Shown here piece after piece: positions 48,717-59,200 of a DNA stretch of 64,000 bases. The translations under genes were made by a program, and so were the position numbers. Source of the DNA: an uncultured Actinomycetes bacterium. GTDB lineage: Bacteria; Actinomycetota; Acidimicrobiia; Spongiisociales; DATADW01. The stretch is from assembly GCA_963780745.1 (NCBI GenBank), contig CAWACT010000007.1, positions 32,909 to 96,908 on the forward strand. The letters are read 5' to 3'. Positions within the stretch are counted from its first letter, which is position 1. Every line of letters begins with the position of its first letter. The notes below the pieces were generated by a model. The model did not search any database. It worked only from the letters and a program-made list of their open reading frames with translations, and had not been told where the DNA came from.

Positions 48717-49600
48717 CCTCGCCACTGATCGACGCCTTCAACGTGGTCAGTCTGATCGCCGTGTTCGTCCTGATCTCGCTCGGGCTGCACTTCACATTCG
48801 GGATGCTCGGACTGGTCAACCTGGTCCATGGCGAGTTGCTGCTCATCGGCGGGTACGCCACCTATGCGGTGGCAGAGCTGACCGGGAACGTGTTGCTCGG
48901 GATGCTGGCGGCGCCGGTGGTGGCTGGCCTCGTCGGGCTGGCGATGGAGCGGGGCGTTCTCCGCTTCTTGTATCAACGGCCGCTCGATTCGCTTCTCGCC
49001 ACGTTCGGGCTGGCGGTGATCATCCGCCAAGCGGTTCAACTCATCTACACCTCGAGCCCGCGCAACGTGCCCGACCTGTTGAGGGGGTCGTGGTTGATCC
49101 TCGGGGTCAACATCCCCCGCTGGCGGCTGGTGCTGGCGGTGCTGGCGGCGGTTCTCGTCATCGGCGCCTGGTGGCTGCTGGCGCGCACCAGGTTCGGGCT
49201 GAGGGCCCGCGCCGTCGTCGCCAATCCAGACCTGGCAGAGACGACCGGCCTCGACGTGGGTGCGATGCGTGCCGGGCTGTTCACCATCGGCGCCGCCCTC
49301 GCCGGGCTCGCCGGCGGAGCGCTGGCGCCGGTGTCGACGCTCGATCCCCAATACGGGCTCCTCTTCCTGGTGAACGCTTTTCTCGTCACCATCCTCGGGG
49401 GGCCGGGATCGTTGACCGGGCTGGTGGCCGCAGCGGTGGTCCTCGGTGGATCGCTGGCGCTGCTCCAGTTCGTGATCCCCACGGTTTTCGCTCAGATATT
49501 GGTCCTGGTGATCGCGGTCGTCGGTGTCCGGCTTAGACCTTTGGTGGTTGCGGCGCTGGCGGAGCGGAGATCGCACCGCACCGCCGTCGCCGCCGAGTGA
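48713..49600 (+). CDS. livH: branched-chain amino acid ABC transporter permease (LivH-like)
   Basis: 8 TM, LSLGLHFTFGMLGLVNLVHGELLLIGGY. Confidence 0.8.
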   Translation: MTSPLIDAFNVVSLIAVFVLISLGLHFTFGMLGLVNLVHGELLLIGGYATYAVAELTGNVLLGMLAAPVVAGLVGLAMERGVLRFLYQRPLDSLLATFGLAVIIRQAVQLIYTSSPRNVPDLLRGSWLILGVNIPRWRLVLAVLAAVLVIGAWWLLARTRFGLRARAVVANPDLAETTGLDVGAMRAGLFTIGAALAGLAGGALAPVSTLDPQYGLLFLVNAFLVTILGGPGSLTGLVAAAVVLGGSLALLQFVIPTVFAQILVLVIAVVGVRLRPLVVAALAERRSHRTAVAAE

Positions 49601-49612
49601 GTCGACGTGCCG

Positions 49613-50590
49613 TCAGGTCCCGGGCGGGCCCGTGGTCTCGCCGTCGATCAGTTCGAGCCGAAGCCGGTGGCGGGGGACTGCTTCTGAACCGGCGATCAGC
49701 GCCAAGAGGCTCTCGACCGCCCAGCGACCGCTCTCGGCCAACTGCTGGCCGATGGTGGTGAGACCGATGTGGCGCGCCAAATCGGAGCCGTCAATCCCTA
49801 TGACCGACAGGTCATCGGGGACGCGCATGCCGCGTCGGCGCGCCTCGGCGAGCACGGTGATGGCCCGCCAATCCGAACCGGCCACCACCGCCGAGGGAGG
49901 CCGGCCCGCATCGAGGATCCCTCCGACGGCCGCTTCGCTGTCGGTCCCGGAGAAGACGAGCGCCCCATCGGCCTCCAAGCCGGCGGCGGTCACGGCAGAG
50001 TTGAAGCCACGCAGCCGTCGGCGAGAGGTGGCAATGGATTCCGGCTCTCCCAAGTAGGCGATCCGGCGGTGGCCAAGGCCAATCAGATGCTCGGTGGCGA
50101 TACGGGTCCCATGGGCTTCGTCGGCCCATGCGGACGGCCAGCCCTCGACCCCCTGACCTACGAAGACACAGCGGGTGCCGGCACGCATCAGCACCGCGCT
50201 CTCGGAGGGTGAGGGACGAAGGTCGATAACCACCGCCCCCTCCGCTCTCCCCCGCTCGGCAATCCGGCGAAATCGGTCACGGCGCTGCTCCTCATCGGCC
50301 ACCTCGAGCAGGATCGGGTCTAGCCCCGTGAGCGAGAGCGCTTCGAGGACTCCGCGCAACCGGGTGGTGACCGCCGGGCTGGTCAGGATGGGGGCGACCA
50401 CGAACACCGAACTGCTCCGCCCGAGCGACAAGTTCCGAGCTAACAAGCTGGGCTGGTATCCGAGCTCCTCGATCGCGGTCTGGACCAATTGCCGTGTCGT
50501 CGCGCTGACCGCCGACGACTCGTTGAGTACCCGCGATACCGTCCCCACACCGACTCCGGCGTGTGCTGCAACATCGAGGATGGTGGCCAC
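49613..50590 (-). CDS. LacI-family transcriptional regulator (GTG start)
   Basis: VATILDVAAHAGVGVGTVSRVLN HTH plus a periplasmic-binding-like sugar-binding domain. Confidence 0.8.
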   Translation of the reverse strand: MATILDVAAHAGVGVGTVSRVLNESSAVSATTRQLVQTAIEELGYQPSLLARNLSLGRSSSVFVVAPILTSPAVTTRLRGVLEALSLTGLDPILLEVADEEQRRDRFRRIAERGRAEGAVVIDLRPSPSESAVLMRAGTRCVFVGQGVEGWPSAWADEAHGTRIATEHLIGLGHRRIAYLGEPESIATSRRRLRGFNSAVTAAGLEADGALVFSGTDSEAAVGGILDAGRPPSAVVAGSDWRAITVLAEARRRGMRVPDDLSVIGIDGSDLARHIGLTTIGQQLAESGRWAVESLLALIAGSEAVPRHRLRLELIDGETTGPPGT

Positions 50591-50666
50591 CGGCCCCCCA
50601 ATTGGTTGATGGAACCGCTTCCACGGTAGACAGGCCACGGTGCGGGTGTCAATGGATTCAGAGAGA

Positions 50667-50694
50667 AGACGGAAGACGGAAGACGGAAGTCGGA
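50667..50694. repeat. (GACGGAA)x3 + GTCGGAA tandem heptamer array in the lacI/hypothetical divergent intergenic region
   Basis: Read directly. Same unit as the kdpC-kdpD array. Confidence 0.5.
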
Positions 50695-50833
50695 AGTGCG
50701 GACTGCTCCTCACGTGTGAAACCAGCGTGTGTTTCGCTAGAGGGACACGGTCACGGTGGGCCGATTCCAATGGGGCTGTACGCTGCCTCATTGTGTGTGT
50801 GCAAAGCTCTTGGAGTGGGTAGGTGACGCAGCC

Positions 50834-51572
50834 ATGAGCAGTCCCGACGTGCCATCTCCTTCGGAAACGGCTGCGGTCGAGCAGGCGGACGCCGCGCTGG
50901 AGGAAGACCGCAGCGGTGTCCTCGCCGCGGCGGCTGGGGTCGTCCAGGCGGTGGCCGGCACGCTGGCCAAGGGAGGGCAAGCATCGGCTGCGGCCGTGTC
51001 TCGGTCTACGGAGAGCGCGGCCACGACCCTGACCAAGAGGGTGATCAGAAACGCGCTGGCCCAGCCGCGCGACCTGAAGAACACCGCCGGCGCTGACCCA
51101 GGCCCTTGCGACCAGGCCCTCCGGGACGATGCTGACGGGTCCCCTCGCAGCCATGGCGGCTCGGGCGGCCTCGAAGGTCAGCGCCCTCCGCTTCTTGACC
51201 AAGCGCACCCCTATGTGGATGCTGGCCACGGTGATTCCCGCCTTGTGGTCTGCCGTGGCGCGGGGGACCAACGAGTTGAGCGCTCTCGCCTCGTACCTGA
51301 CGGTGCGCGCCGAGTCCGAAGGGGTAGAACCAGATCCAGCCCGGCTGGAGACGACGGTGGTCCAACTCGCCCTCGGCCAGCCGGTTGATCCAGATGCCGA
51401 CATCCGCCACGGCCCACTGGTGTTGCGGTGGCTGGGAACGGGGGCATGGGGGATCGTCGCGATGGGAAACCGGGGACGATCCGACCCGAGGCGCCTGGCG
51501 GCGGCAGCATCAGCCGTTCCCGTCTCGATCCTCGGCGGTGGTCGCGAGCCGGTCGCGGGGCTACCCGGCTAG
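50834..51572 (+). pseudogene. hypothetical protein, apparently split by a frameshift near 51120
   Basis: ORFs at 50834 and 51129 are in consecutive frames. No domain recognised. Confidence 0.3.
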
Positions 51573-51600
51573 ACGCGCCCGAGCTTCCGTCAGCACTCCC

Positions 51601-52908
51601 CTACCTGCCGATTGAGGCAACCAGATGGTCGGTGAGCCGGTCGATCGAGACCCTCACCTGCTCCATGGAGTCACGTTCCCGCACCGTGACCGCTCGATCG
51701 TCGAGCGATTCGAAGTCGAAGGTGACGCACAAAGGGGTACCGATCTCGTCCTGACGGCGATAGCGACGGCCGATCGACTGGGTGTCGTCGTACTCCACCA
51801 TCAAGTGGGGACGGAGGAGGTCGGCGATCTTCTCCGCTTCTGCGGTCAGTTCGGGCTTGCGCGAAAGCGGCAGGACCGCCACTTCGTAGGGGGCGAGACG
51901 CGGGTCGAGCCGCAGGACAACCCGCCGCTCACCGCGGACCTCCTCCTCGCGGTAGGCGTCGATGAGGAATGCCAACATGGCCCGCGTCGCCCCGGCGGCA
52001 GGCTCGACGACATGCGGGAAAAAGCGCTCACCGCTCGCCTCGTCGAAGTAGGAGAGGTCGATCCCAGACCGCTCGGTGTGCGCCCTGAGGTCGAAGTCGG
52101 TCCGGTTGGCGACCCCTTCGAGCTCATCCCAACCCCACGGGAAGTCATATTCGATGTCCGAGGTGCCCGCCGAGTAGTGGGAGAGCTCGTCGGGATCGTG
52201 TGGCCTGACCCGCAGCCTGTCCTCGCTCATCCCCAGGTCGGTGTACCAGCGGAACCGCTCCCCCACCCAATACTCGAACCAAACCGCTGACTCTTCGGGC
52301 CGGCAGAAGAACTCCATCTCCATCTGCTCGAACTCGCGGGTCCGGAATACGAACTGGCCAGGGGTTATCTCGTTGCGAAACGACTTCCCCAGCTGGGCGA
52401 TCCCAAAGGGAAGCTTGAGACGCGAGGAACGCCGCACGTTCTCGTAGTTGATGAAGATCCCCTGCGCCGTCTCCGGTCGGAGGTAGACGACGGCGGCCTC
52501 TTCCTCCACCGGACCCATGAACGTCTTGAACATCAGGTTGAACTGGCGCGCATCCCCGAACGTCCCTCGTTGCCCGCAGTTCGGGCAGACATCGGGGTCG
52601 TCGAGCTTGTCGAGCCGCCACCTCGTGTTGCAGTTGGAGCACTCCACCAACGGATCGGTGAACGAGGCCAGATGACCCGAGGCAGCCCACACCTCGGGGG
52701 ATTGAAGGATGGCCGAGTCGATCCCGACGATGTCGGAGCGGAGTTGCACCATCGACCGCCACCACTCCCCCTTCACCTTGCGAAGCATTTCGACGCCGAG
52801 CGGGCCGTAGTCGTAGGCCGAGCGGAGCCCGCCGTATATCTCCGACGATGGGAATGCGAATCCGCGCCGCTTGGCCAGGTTGGCGATGGTGTCGAGGGTG
52901 ATGGTCAA
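51601..52908 (-). CDS. glyQS: glycine--tRNA ligase (dimeric class II type)
   Basis: [15 protein letters not shown]...[11 protein letters not shown]...[15 protein letters not shown]... motifs 1 to 3 and the anticodon-binding domain. Confidence 0.9.
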   Translation of the reverse strand: MTITLDTIANLAKRRGFAFPSSEIYGGLRSAYDYGPLGVEMLRKVKGEWWRSMVQLRSDIVGIDSAILQSPEVWAASGHLASFTDPLVECSNCNTRWRLDKLDDPDVCPNCGQRGTFGDARQFNLMFKTFMGPVEEEAAVVYLRPETAQGIFINYENVRRSSRLKLPFGIAQLGKSFRNEITPGQFVFRTREFEQMEMEFFCRPEESAVWFEYWVGERFRWYTDLGMSEDRLRVRPHDPDELSHYSAGTSDIEYDFPWGWDELEGVANRTDFDLRAHTERSGIDLSYFDEASGERFFPHVVEPAAGATRAMLAFLIDAYREEEVRGERRVVLRLDPRLAPYEVAVLPLSRKPELTAEAEKIADLLRPHLMVEYDDTQSIGRRYRRQDEIGTPLCVTFDFESLDDRAVTVRERDSMEQVRVSIDRLTDHLVASIGR

Positions 52909-52962
52909 TGTGGTCGAATCGGAGGGGCGATCGTACTCGCGGGTGCCAATGGCCGGTCGGTG

Positions 52963-53736
52963 TTAGGTCGCCACCCCCTCGGCCCCGCCAAACCTGCGTT
53001 GCCGGCTCTGATACTCGATCACGCAGTCGAGCAGGGCGGTCTGGTCGAAGTCGGGCCAGAGGATCCCGGGGAAGACCAACTCGGCATAGGCCGCCTGCCA
53101 CAGCAGGAAATTCGAGATGCGATGCTCACCCGACGACCGCACCACGAGATCGAGGTCGGGCATGTCAGGCACGTAGAGGTTGGCAGCGAAGACTTCTTCA
53201 TCGATGTCGGCGGGATCGAGATCGCCGGCGATGGCGTTGGAGGCGAGCCGGCGAGCCGCTTCGGTCATCTCCCGCCTGCTCCCGTAGTTGAAGGCGAACA
53301 CCAGCGTGAGCCGGCCATTCGCCGCCGTCATCTGCTCGGCATCGGCCATGTGGCGCCGGTTCCGATCGGGGATTCGGGGGTCTCCGAGATCACCGGCGAA
53401 CACCATCCGCACCCCATCACGGTGCAGGTCATCACGCCGCCTCAGCAGCAGGTCCTCGTTGAACCACATGAGGAACTCCACCTCGTCGTCGGAGCGGCGC
53501 CAGTTCTCGGTGGAGAAGGTGAAAGCGGTGAGCCAACCGATCCCGATCTGGAGGGCGCCTTCCACCGTGTCGAACAAGGCAGCCTCGCCGGCGAGATGGC
53601 CGGCGGTACGGGGCAAGCCCCGGGCCTGGGCCCAACGGCCGTTGCCGTCGAGGATCAGACCAACATGGCGCGGGATCCGCTCCTTGTCGAGATCCGAGAG
53701 ATCTAGGTCGGTCATTTCCCCGGAACCGATCACCAT
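52963..53736 (-). CDS. uppS: isoprenyl transferase (undecaprenyl-diphosphate synthase family)
   Basis: HVGLILDGNGRWA...FSTENWRR...RISNFLLWQAAYAEL. Confidence 0.9.
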   Translation of the reverse strand: MVIGSGEMTDLDLSDLDKERIPRHVGLILDGNGRWAQARGLPRTAGHLAGEAALFDTVEGALQIGIGWLTAFTFSTENWRRSDDEVEFLMWFNEDLLLRRRDDLHRDGVRMVFAGDLGDPRIPDRNRRHMADAEQMTAANGRLTLVFAFNYGSRREMTEAARRLASNAIAGDLDPADIDEEVFAANLYVPDMPDLDLVVRSSGEHRISNFLLWQAAYAELVFPGILWPDFDQTALLDCVIEYQSRQRRFGGAEGVAT

Positions 53737-54443
53737 TCGACCGTCGCCGCGGTGAGGCGGCGGTCGAGGTGATGCTCGACGAATCGTCGGGTGACCCCGA
53801 ACGACTCGCCGGCAAGTGATTGGTCGTCCGGGGGGAGGTCATCGAGATCGGCGGCGGCCAAGACAGCAAGCCGCTCCGCCACCCCGGCCCGAAGCCGCAC
53901 CGACCCTTCCGGCCGGCATCGCTGGCACACCGCACCACCGGCATCGAAGCTGAACCGAAGCGGGCCGGGGCCGCCGCAGCCGGCGCAGCGGTCCAGCGAG
54001 GGCGCCACCCCGATCGCCGCAGCCAGTTTGAGCAGGTAGGCAGTGAGCAGGTCGGGCGAGCTGCCGACTGTCTCTAGTGCTCGCAGCCCGCGTTGGAGCA
54101 GCAGGAACAACCGGGCGGAAGGCTCCTCCTCTTGGGCCACGGCATCGACTGCCTCCACCATCGCCCCGGCAGTGATGACCCGGTCGAGGTGACGGCGGAG
54201 CACCGGGTACGCCTCGATCACCGCCACCTGGGTGACGGTGCCCAGGCCGCGACCGTCGTAGAGAACCAGGTCGACCTGGGTGAACGGCTCGAGTCTCCCC
54301 CCAAAACGGCTCTTGGTCTTCCTGATCCCCTTGGCCACCACCCGCAAACGCCCGGTGTTAGGGCTGAGCAACACCACGACCCGGTCCGCCTCGCCGAACG
54401 GGTAGGCGCGAAGGACGATCCCTTGATCGTGGCGGAGACCCAC
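53730..54443 (-). CDS. recO: DNA repair protein RecO
   Basis: GIVLRAYPFGEADRVV N-terminal OB fold; C-terminal Zn motif CAGCG...CQRC. Confidence 0.85.
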   Translation of the reverse strand: MGLRHDQGIVLRAYPFGEADRVVVLLSPNTGRLRVVAKGIRKTKSRFGGRLEPFTQVDLVLYDGRGLGTVTQVAVIEAYPVLRRHLDRVITAGAMVEAVDAVAQEEEPSARLFLLLQRGLRALETVGSSPDLLTAYLLKLAAAIGVAPSLDRCAGCGGPGPLRFSFDAGGAVCQRCRPEGSVRLRAGVAERLAVLAAADLDDLPPDDQSLAGESFGVTRRFVEHHLDRRLTAATVEW

Positions 54444-54474
54444 GAGCCGACGTTAGACCGGGACCAAGGCCGGA

Positions 54475-54753
54475 TCAGATCATCTCGTCGATGACCTCAA
54501 CCATGTCGGCATCCTTACTGGTGAGACCACCTTCGCTGTGCGTGGAGAGGACGAGCTTGACCTTGTTCCAGCGGATGTCGATGTCCGGATGGTGGTCGGC
54601 CTTCTCGGCGGCGAGAGCCACCCTGTTGACAAAGCCCATGGCCTCGTTGAAGTCGGAGAGCTCGAACTGCCGGCTGACCTCCTCCCCGGCCACCTCCCAC
54701 TCTGGGTGGTCACGAGTAAGGGTCTCACGCTCGCTTGCCGACAACAACGCCAC
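54475..54753 (-). CDS. 4a-hydroxytetrahydrobiopterin dehydratase (PCD/DCoH)
   Basis: EVSRQFELSDFNEAMGFVNRVALAAEKADHHPDIDIRWNKVKLVLSTHSEGGLT. Confidence 0.8.
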   Translation of the reverse strand: MALLSASERETLTRDHPEWEVAGEEVSRQFELSDFNEAMGFVNRVALAAEKADHHPDIDIRWNKVKLVLSTHSEGGLTSKDADMVEVIDEMI

Positions 54754-54986
54754 TGCGGCCTCCTCTGGGTGTGCCGCCCAGCATGGTCGCCCCGGTCAGG
54801 TTGTGGAGGCCGCTTGACTTGGAAACAAGTCATGTCTCCTAGCCCTTGCACCCTTCATCCCGCCAACCCGTGGTGGGGATACGCCGCCCCATCGGTCTTC
54901 CCTCCCGTCGAACACCTGTTCGTCGGTTTTGTCACCCCTGGGTGATACCTTGTGAGCACTTCCCCACCATCAACTATGGAGTTGTC

Positions 54987-56255
54987 ATGTTCGTTGGGGA
55001 AGCCGTCTCCGAGTTGTGGCCACCACCGCCACCCTCGCTCCTGCCTGACGGTCTCGAGGAGATGCCCCCCGGCCCAGAACTGGCCCGGGTGTTGGCCGGG
55101 ATCGATTTGGACTCTCTCCCCGGTTTCGATCTGGTGGTGGTGATGCGAGCCCAGGCCCGGCAGGTGGCCTATCAGCAAGCGGAGTTGTTGGCCACGGTGT
55201 CCCGGGTGGCCCAAGCCAGCAGCGAAGCCAGCGCTCTGGTTGCTGACGACGACAGGGAGTTCGCCGCCGACGAGATCCGCGCTGCTCTGTGTCTCACTCG
55301 GCGGGCGGCGACGGTCATTGCTCGACCTGGCTTGGGAGCTGCGCCGCCTCCCCCAGTTGGCTGCTGCCCTCCGTTCTGGGCTGGTCGACCTCCCCCGGGC
55401 CCGGGTGGTCTGCGCCGAGTTGGCCACCCTCGACGACCGAGAAGCCCAGCAAGTGGTCTCCCAGGTCATGGAGCGGGCTTCCACTCAGACCACCGGTCAG
55501 TTGGGGGCCCGGGTGCGCCGTCTGGTGCTCTCGGTGGACCCCACCTCGGCCCAGGAGCGCTACGAGAAGGGGATGGAGGGGAGGAGGGTGGAGCTCTCGG
55601 CCAACCCCGACGGCACCGCCAACCTCATCGCCTACTCGCTCCCCGCCGAACGGGCCAACGCCGCCTACGACCGGCTCGACCACCTCGCCCTGGCGGCCAA
55701 GGGACCAGACGACCCCCGCAGCATCGACCAGGTACGGGCCGAGTCCTCATGGACCTCCTGGACACCGGCACCGGTTCCCCCCGCCGCGGGGTGATCGACC
55801 TGCGGGTCGACCTGGCCACCCTCACCCGGTTGGCGGAGAACCCCGGGGAGATCGGCGGCTACGGGCCGGTGGTGGCCGACGTGGCCCGCCAGGTGGCCGC
55901 CACCCAGGTGGGCTCGCAGTGGCGGGTCACCGTCACCCACCCCGACAGCGGAGCAGTGTTGTGGAACGGGACCACCAAGCGGAGACCTAGCGCCGCCCAA
56001 CGCCGGTATGTCGAAGCCCGAGCTCCGACTTGTGTCTTCCCCGGGTGCCGGATGCCCGCCACCCGATCGGACATCGACCACCGGGTCGACCACTCCAAGG
56101 GGGGACCCACCCTGGTCAAATACCTCAACCCGCTGTGCCGCCACGACCACCGGCTCAAAGACGCCGGATGGAAACTGCGACCCGGACCCAACGGAACCAC
56201 CACCTGGACCAGCCCCCTCGGACACACCTACACCACCGGACCCGACCCACCCTGA
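54987..56255 (+). pseudogene. DUF222/HNH-endonuclease (REP13E12-like) element, copy 2, with about 2 frameshifts (near 55320 and 55750)
   Basis: LARVLAGIDLDSLPG..LDLAWELRRLPQLAAALRSGLVDLPRARVVCAEL..VTVTHPDSGAVLWNGTTKRRPS..CVFPGCRMPATRSDIDHRVDHSKGGPT..NPLCRHDHRLK across three frames. Confidence 0.7.
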
Positions 56256-56274
56256 TTTCGGCGGACCGGCCGGA

Positions 56275-56937
56275 TCAAGCGTCATCGAGCACGACGACAT
56301 GGATGTGCCGTGGGCCATGCACCCCGATAGTGAGGCGCTGTTCGATGTCGGCGGTGCGGCTCGGCCCGGTGATCACCACGAGGTTGGCGGTCCGAGTGAC
56401 CACCGCCGGGTCGACGGCGAGGAAATGGGCAAGCGAGCGGACGATTCGGCTAGCCGGGAGCAGGGCGATGTGGACCTCGGGGGCGAGCGAGGCCAGCCGC
56501 GGCCGGCCCGGCCCGTGCGACAGCACGACCGACCCCGATTCGGCCAGCCCGGCGTCGGCACCGGTCAGCCCGGCGGCGAGACCTAGGTAGCCGCCGAGGT
56601 GGGCGGCACGCTCGCCACGGTCGGCCGGCATGGACGACGCCAGTAGATCGACACCGCTTTCCTGGAGGAGACCGGCGAGCCCTGGAACCGGGAGATCGTC
56701 CCAGGCGAGCACCGCGGTGGCGGCGTGCTCACCGAGGAGATCGAGGACTTGGCGGACCGCTTCCCCGGTGGCGCAGCGATGGGCATGTCCCCCGATGACA
56801 CTCAAGCGAGTGCAAAAGGTCTCTATCAAATCGACATCGGGCAGGCTGGGCGGCCCTGTCGTGATCGGCGGCGGGGCGGGAAGCACCCCCGCGGTCACAT
56901 TCGCTGCCACCGCGGCAAGAAAGCGCTCACGCTCCAC
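56275..56937 (-). CDS. lutC: lactate utilization protein C (LUD/YkgG family), GTG start overlapping the lutB stop
   Basis: FLAAVAANV...VLDLLGEHAATAVLAWDD...LVVITGPSRTADIEQRLTIGVHGPRHIHVVVL. Confidence 0.75.
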   Translation of the reverse strand: MERERFLAAVAANVTAGVLPAPPPITTGPPSLPDVDLIETFCTRLSVIGGHAHRCATGEAVRQVLDLLGEHAATAVLAWDDLPVPGLAGLLQESGVDLLASSMPADRGERAAHLGGYLGLAAGLTGADAGLAESGSVVLSHGPGRPRLASLAPEVHIALLPASRIVRSLAHFLAVDPAVVTRTANLVVITGPSRTADIEQRLTIGVHGPRHIHVVVLDDA

Positions 56938-58324
56938 TCCGCCGCTCCTTCCATCTCTGCCGGAAGCTGCGGGCCGCGGGTCGTGGCAGGTGGCGGCTGT
57001 CGGTCCACGCCGACCCGTACCACGGCAGCGACTCGATCCACCCCTTGCCCGGGAGAAGGCGCGCCGTCTGACCGGCGGCGGCGAGGGCGAGCCCCCATGC
57101 TCGGGGGCGGGCGGCGACGGCCGCATAGGCGCGCACGGCTCGGCGAAGCCCTGGCTCGAGCCCGCCGCGCAACGCGGTGTTCGCTCGAGAGGCGAGAAGC
57201 AGCCCGGGCAGGTCGATCCCGACGGGGCACACCTCACGACAGGCGCCGCAGAGCGTCGATGCGTAGGGAAGATCGGCCCATCGCTCCGGTCCCTCGAGCG
57301 CCGGGGTGAGAACGGCGCCAACCGGCCCTGCGTAGACGCTGCCGTAGGAATGCCCCCCAACTCGCCGGTACACCGGGCACACGTTGAGGCAGGCGCCGCA
57401 GCGGATGCAGGCAAGCACCTCGGCAACGTTCGAGCCGAGAACCCGAGATCGGCCGTTGTCGAGGATGACCACATGCAGCTCGTCGGGGCCGTCGGGGTCG
57501 TCCGGCCGGCGAGGGCCGGTGAGCATCGTGGTGTAGACCGAGAGCCGCTGGCCCGTCCCCGAGCGGGCAAGCACCTCGAGCACCGCCGCCGCCTCGTCGA
57601 CGGTCTCCACCAGACGCTCCATCCCCATCATTGCAATGTGGACGCGGGGAGCGCTGGTGACAAAGCGCCCGTTGCCCTCGTTGGTGACCAGGATCACCGT
57701 CCCTGTGTCGGCGATGCCGATGTTGACCCCGCTCACGCCGACGTCGGCGCTGAGGAAGACACGGCGCAGATGGCTCCGGGCGATGTCGTTCAGCTCCTCG
57801 GGGACGTCGGTGTAGGCGACTCCCAGCCGGTCGGCGAAGAGCCGGGCCACGTCGTACCGGGTGGTGTGGAGCACCGGTGCGATCAGGTGCGACGGTCTGT
57901 CGTTGCCCAACTGCACGATGAACTCACCCAGGTCGGTCTCGACCACCTCGATGCCGGCGGCCTCGAGGGCGTGGTTGAGCTCGGTTTCCTCGGTGACCAT
58001 CGACTTCGACTTGGCCACCAGCCCGGCGCCGGCATCGGCTGCAATCCGGGTGACGATGGCGTTCGCCTCGGCGGCGTCCCCCGCCCACCACACCTTCCCG
58101 CCCACAGCTTCGACCTGGTCGGCGAAGCGCGCCAGCAAGCGGTCCAGGTTCCGAAGGGCGCTCATCCGGCCCGCCCGAGCGCGGGCGCGCATCTCCTCCA
58201 TCGCCGGGTACCCGGCGACGGCCTCGGCCCGGTGGCGATAGAGACGGCGGGCGCCGTCCTCCACCGCCGCCACCTTGTCGGACCCGAGATCCAGCTTGGC
58301 CCGCCCCAGAAAGGTCACCGGCAT
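56927..58324 (-). CDS. lutB: iron-sulfur lactate utilization protein LutB
   Basis: DUF162/LUD core plus 4Fe-4S motifs CIRCGACLNVCPV and CGACREVCPVGI. Confidence 0.85.
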   Translation of the reverse strand: MPVTFLGRAKLDLGSDKVAAVEDGARRLYRHRAEAVAGYPAMEEMRARARAGRMSALRNLDRLLARFADQVEAVGGKVWWAGDAAEANAIVTRIAADAGAGLVAKSKSMVTEETELNHALEAAGIEVVETDLGEFIVQLGNDRPSHLIAPVLHTTRYDVARLFADRLGVAYTDVPEELNDIARSHLRRVFLSADVGVSGVNIGIADTGTVILVTNEGNGRFVTSAPRVHIAMMGMERLVETVDEAAAVLEVLARSGTGQRLSVYTTMLTGPRRPDDPDGPDELHVVILDNGRSRVLGSNVAEVLACIRCGACLNVCPVYRRVGGHSYGSVYAGPVGAVLTPALEGPERWADLPYASTLCGACREVCPVGIDLPGLLLASRANTALRGGLEPGLRRAVRAYAAVAARPRAWGLALAAAGQTARLLPGKGWIESLPWYGSAWTDSRHLPRPAARSFRQRWKERRSGA

Positions 58325-58384
58325 GGTTTTGGCGTCAACGGGCGCGGTGGGGACGCGTTTGAGTGACGCCAGAACGGGGTTCGC

Positions 58385-59107
58385 TCACCATCCTTCCGCC
58401 CTCCCTGCCAGCAACTCGGCGAGATGGCACACCCGCACCCCGCTGCCCCGCTTCCGCAGCCCCCCACCTATGTGGAGCAGGCAGCTCACATCGCCGCCAG
58501 CAAGGACCTCAGCCCCCGACGCCTCGATCGCATCCAGCTTCGCCCGAAGGATCGCCGCCGAGACTTCGGGCATCTCCACCGAAAAGAGTCCGCCGAAGCC
58601 GCAGCACTCGTCGGCATCGGTGATATCGACCCGCTCGACTCCCTCCACCCCGGCCAGCAGTTTGTGCGGCTCGTCGGTGATCCCCAGCTCACGCAGGCCG
58701 TGACAGGACGGATGCCAGGCGACCCGGACCGACTCCCCTGCCTCCATGCCAACGTCCTCGGCCAGGTCGTCGCTGAGGAACAGCGAGAGCTCGCGCAGCC
58801 GCCCCGCCACCCGCTGCGCCGCCGCGGCCTCGGGCTCGCCGGCCAACAGGTCAGGTGCATGATGGACGAGGAAAGCGGTGCACGACCCCGACGGAACCAC
58901 GATCGGTCCCTCGGTGGCATCGAGCACGGTGACGGTGTGAGCCGCCATTCGGGCTGCCTCGGCGGACAACCCGGCGTTGAACGCCGGTTGTCCGCAGCAC
59001 GTCTGGGCCTCGGGGAACTCGATGTCCAGGCCGCGCCGCTCCAGGACTTCGACCACCGCCTCGCCCACCGCGGGCACCAGAGCATCGACCAGGCAGGTCA
59101 CCAACAA
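58385..59107 (-). CDS. lutA: (Fe-S)-binding protein LutA (two CCG domains)
   Basis: CCGQPAF...GSCTAF and CHGLREL...CCGFGG cysteine-rich CCG repeats. Confidence 0.8.
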   Translation of the reverse strand: MLVTCLVDALVPAVGEAVVEVLERRGLDIEFPEAQTCCGQPAFNAGLSAEAARMAAHTVTVLDATEGPIVVPSGSCTAFLVHHAPDLLAGEPEAAAAQRVAGRLRELSLFLSDDLAEDVGMEAGESVRVAWHPSCHGLRELGITDEPHKLLAGVEGVERVDITDADECCGFGGLFSVEMPEVSAAILRAKLDAIEASGAEVLAGGDVSCLLHIGGGLRKRGSGVRVCHLAELLAGRAEGW

Positions 59108-59200
59108 GCTGGACAGGCGGCACTCGGAGCACGGTACTTGGTGCGGCGCCGCGGTTACTCGAAACCGAGCCGGTCGATGAGCGCCGGGTGGCGTTGCCAG

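Noticed and set aside
50591-51403. N-terminal 270 aa of the 596-aa ORF 49613..51403
   Set aside because: Only 49613..50590 matches a LacI regulator (HTH immediately after a GTG). The upstream part is a read-through across the intergenic heptamer array and the antisense of the next gene.
56938-57570. N-terminal 210 aa of the 431-aa ORF 56275..57570
   Set aside because: Only the C-terminal 220 aa is LutC. The rest reads antisense to lutB.
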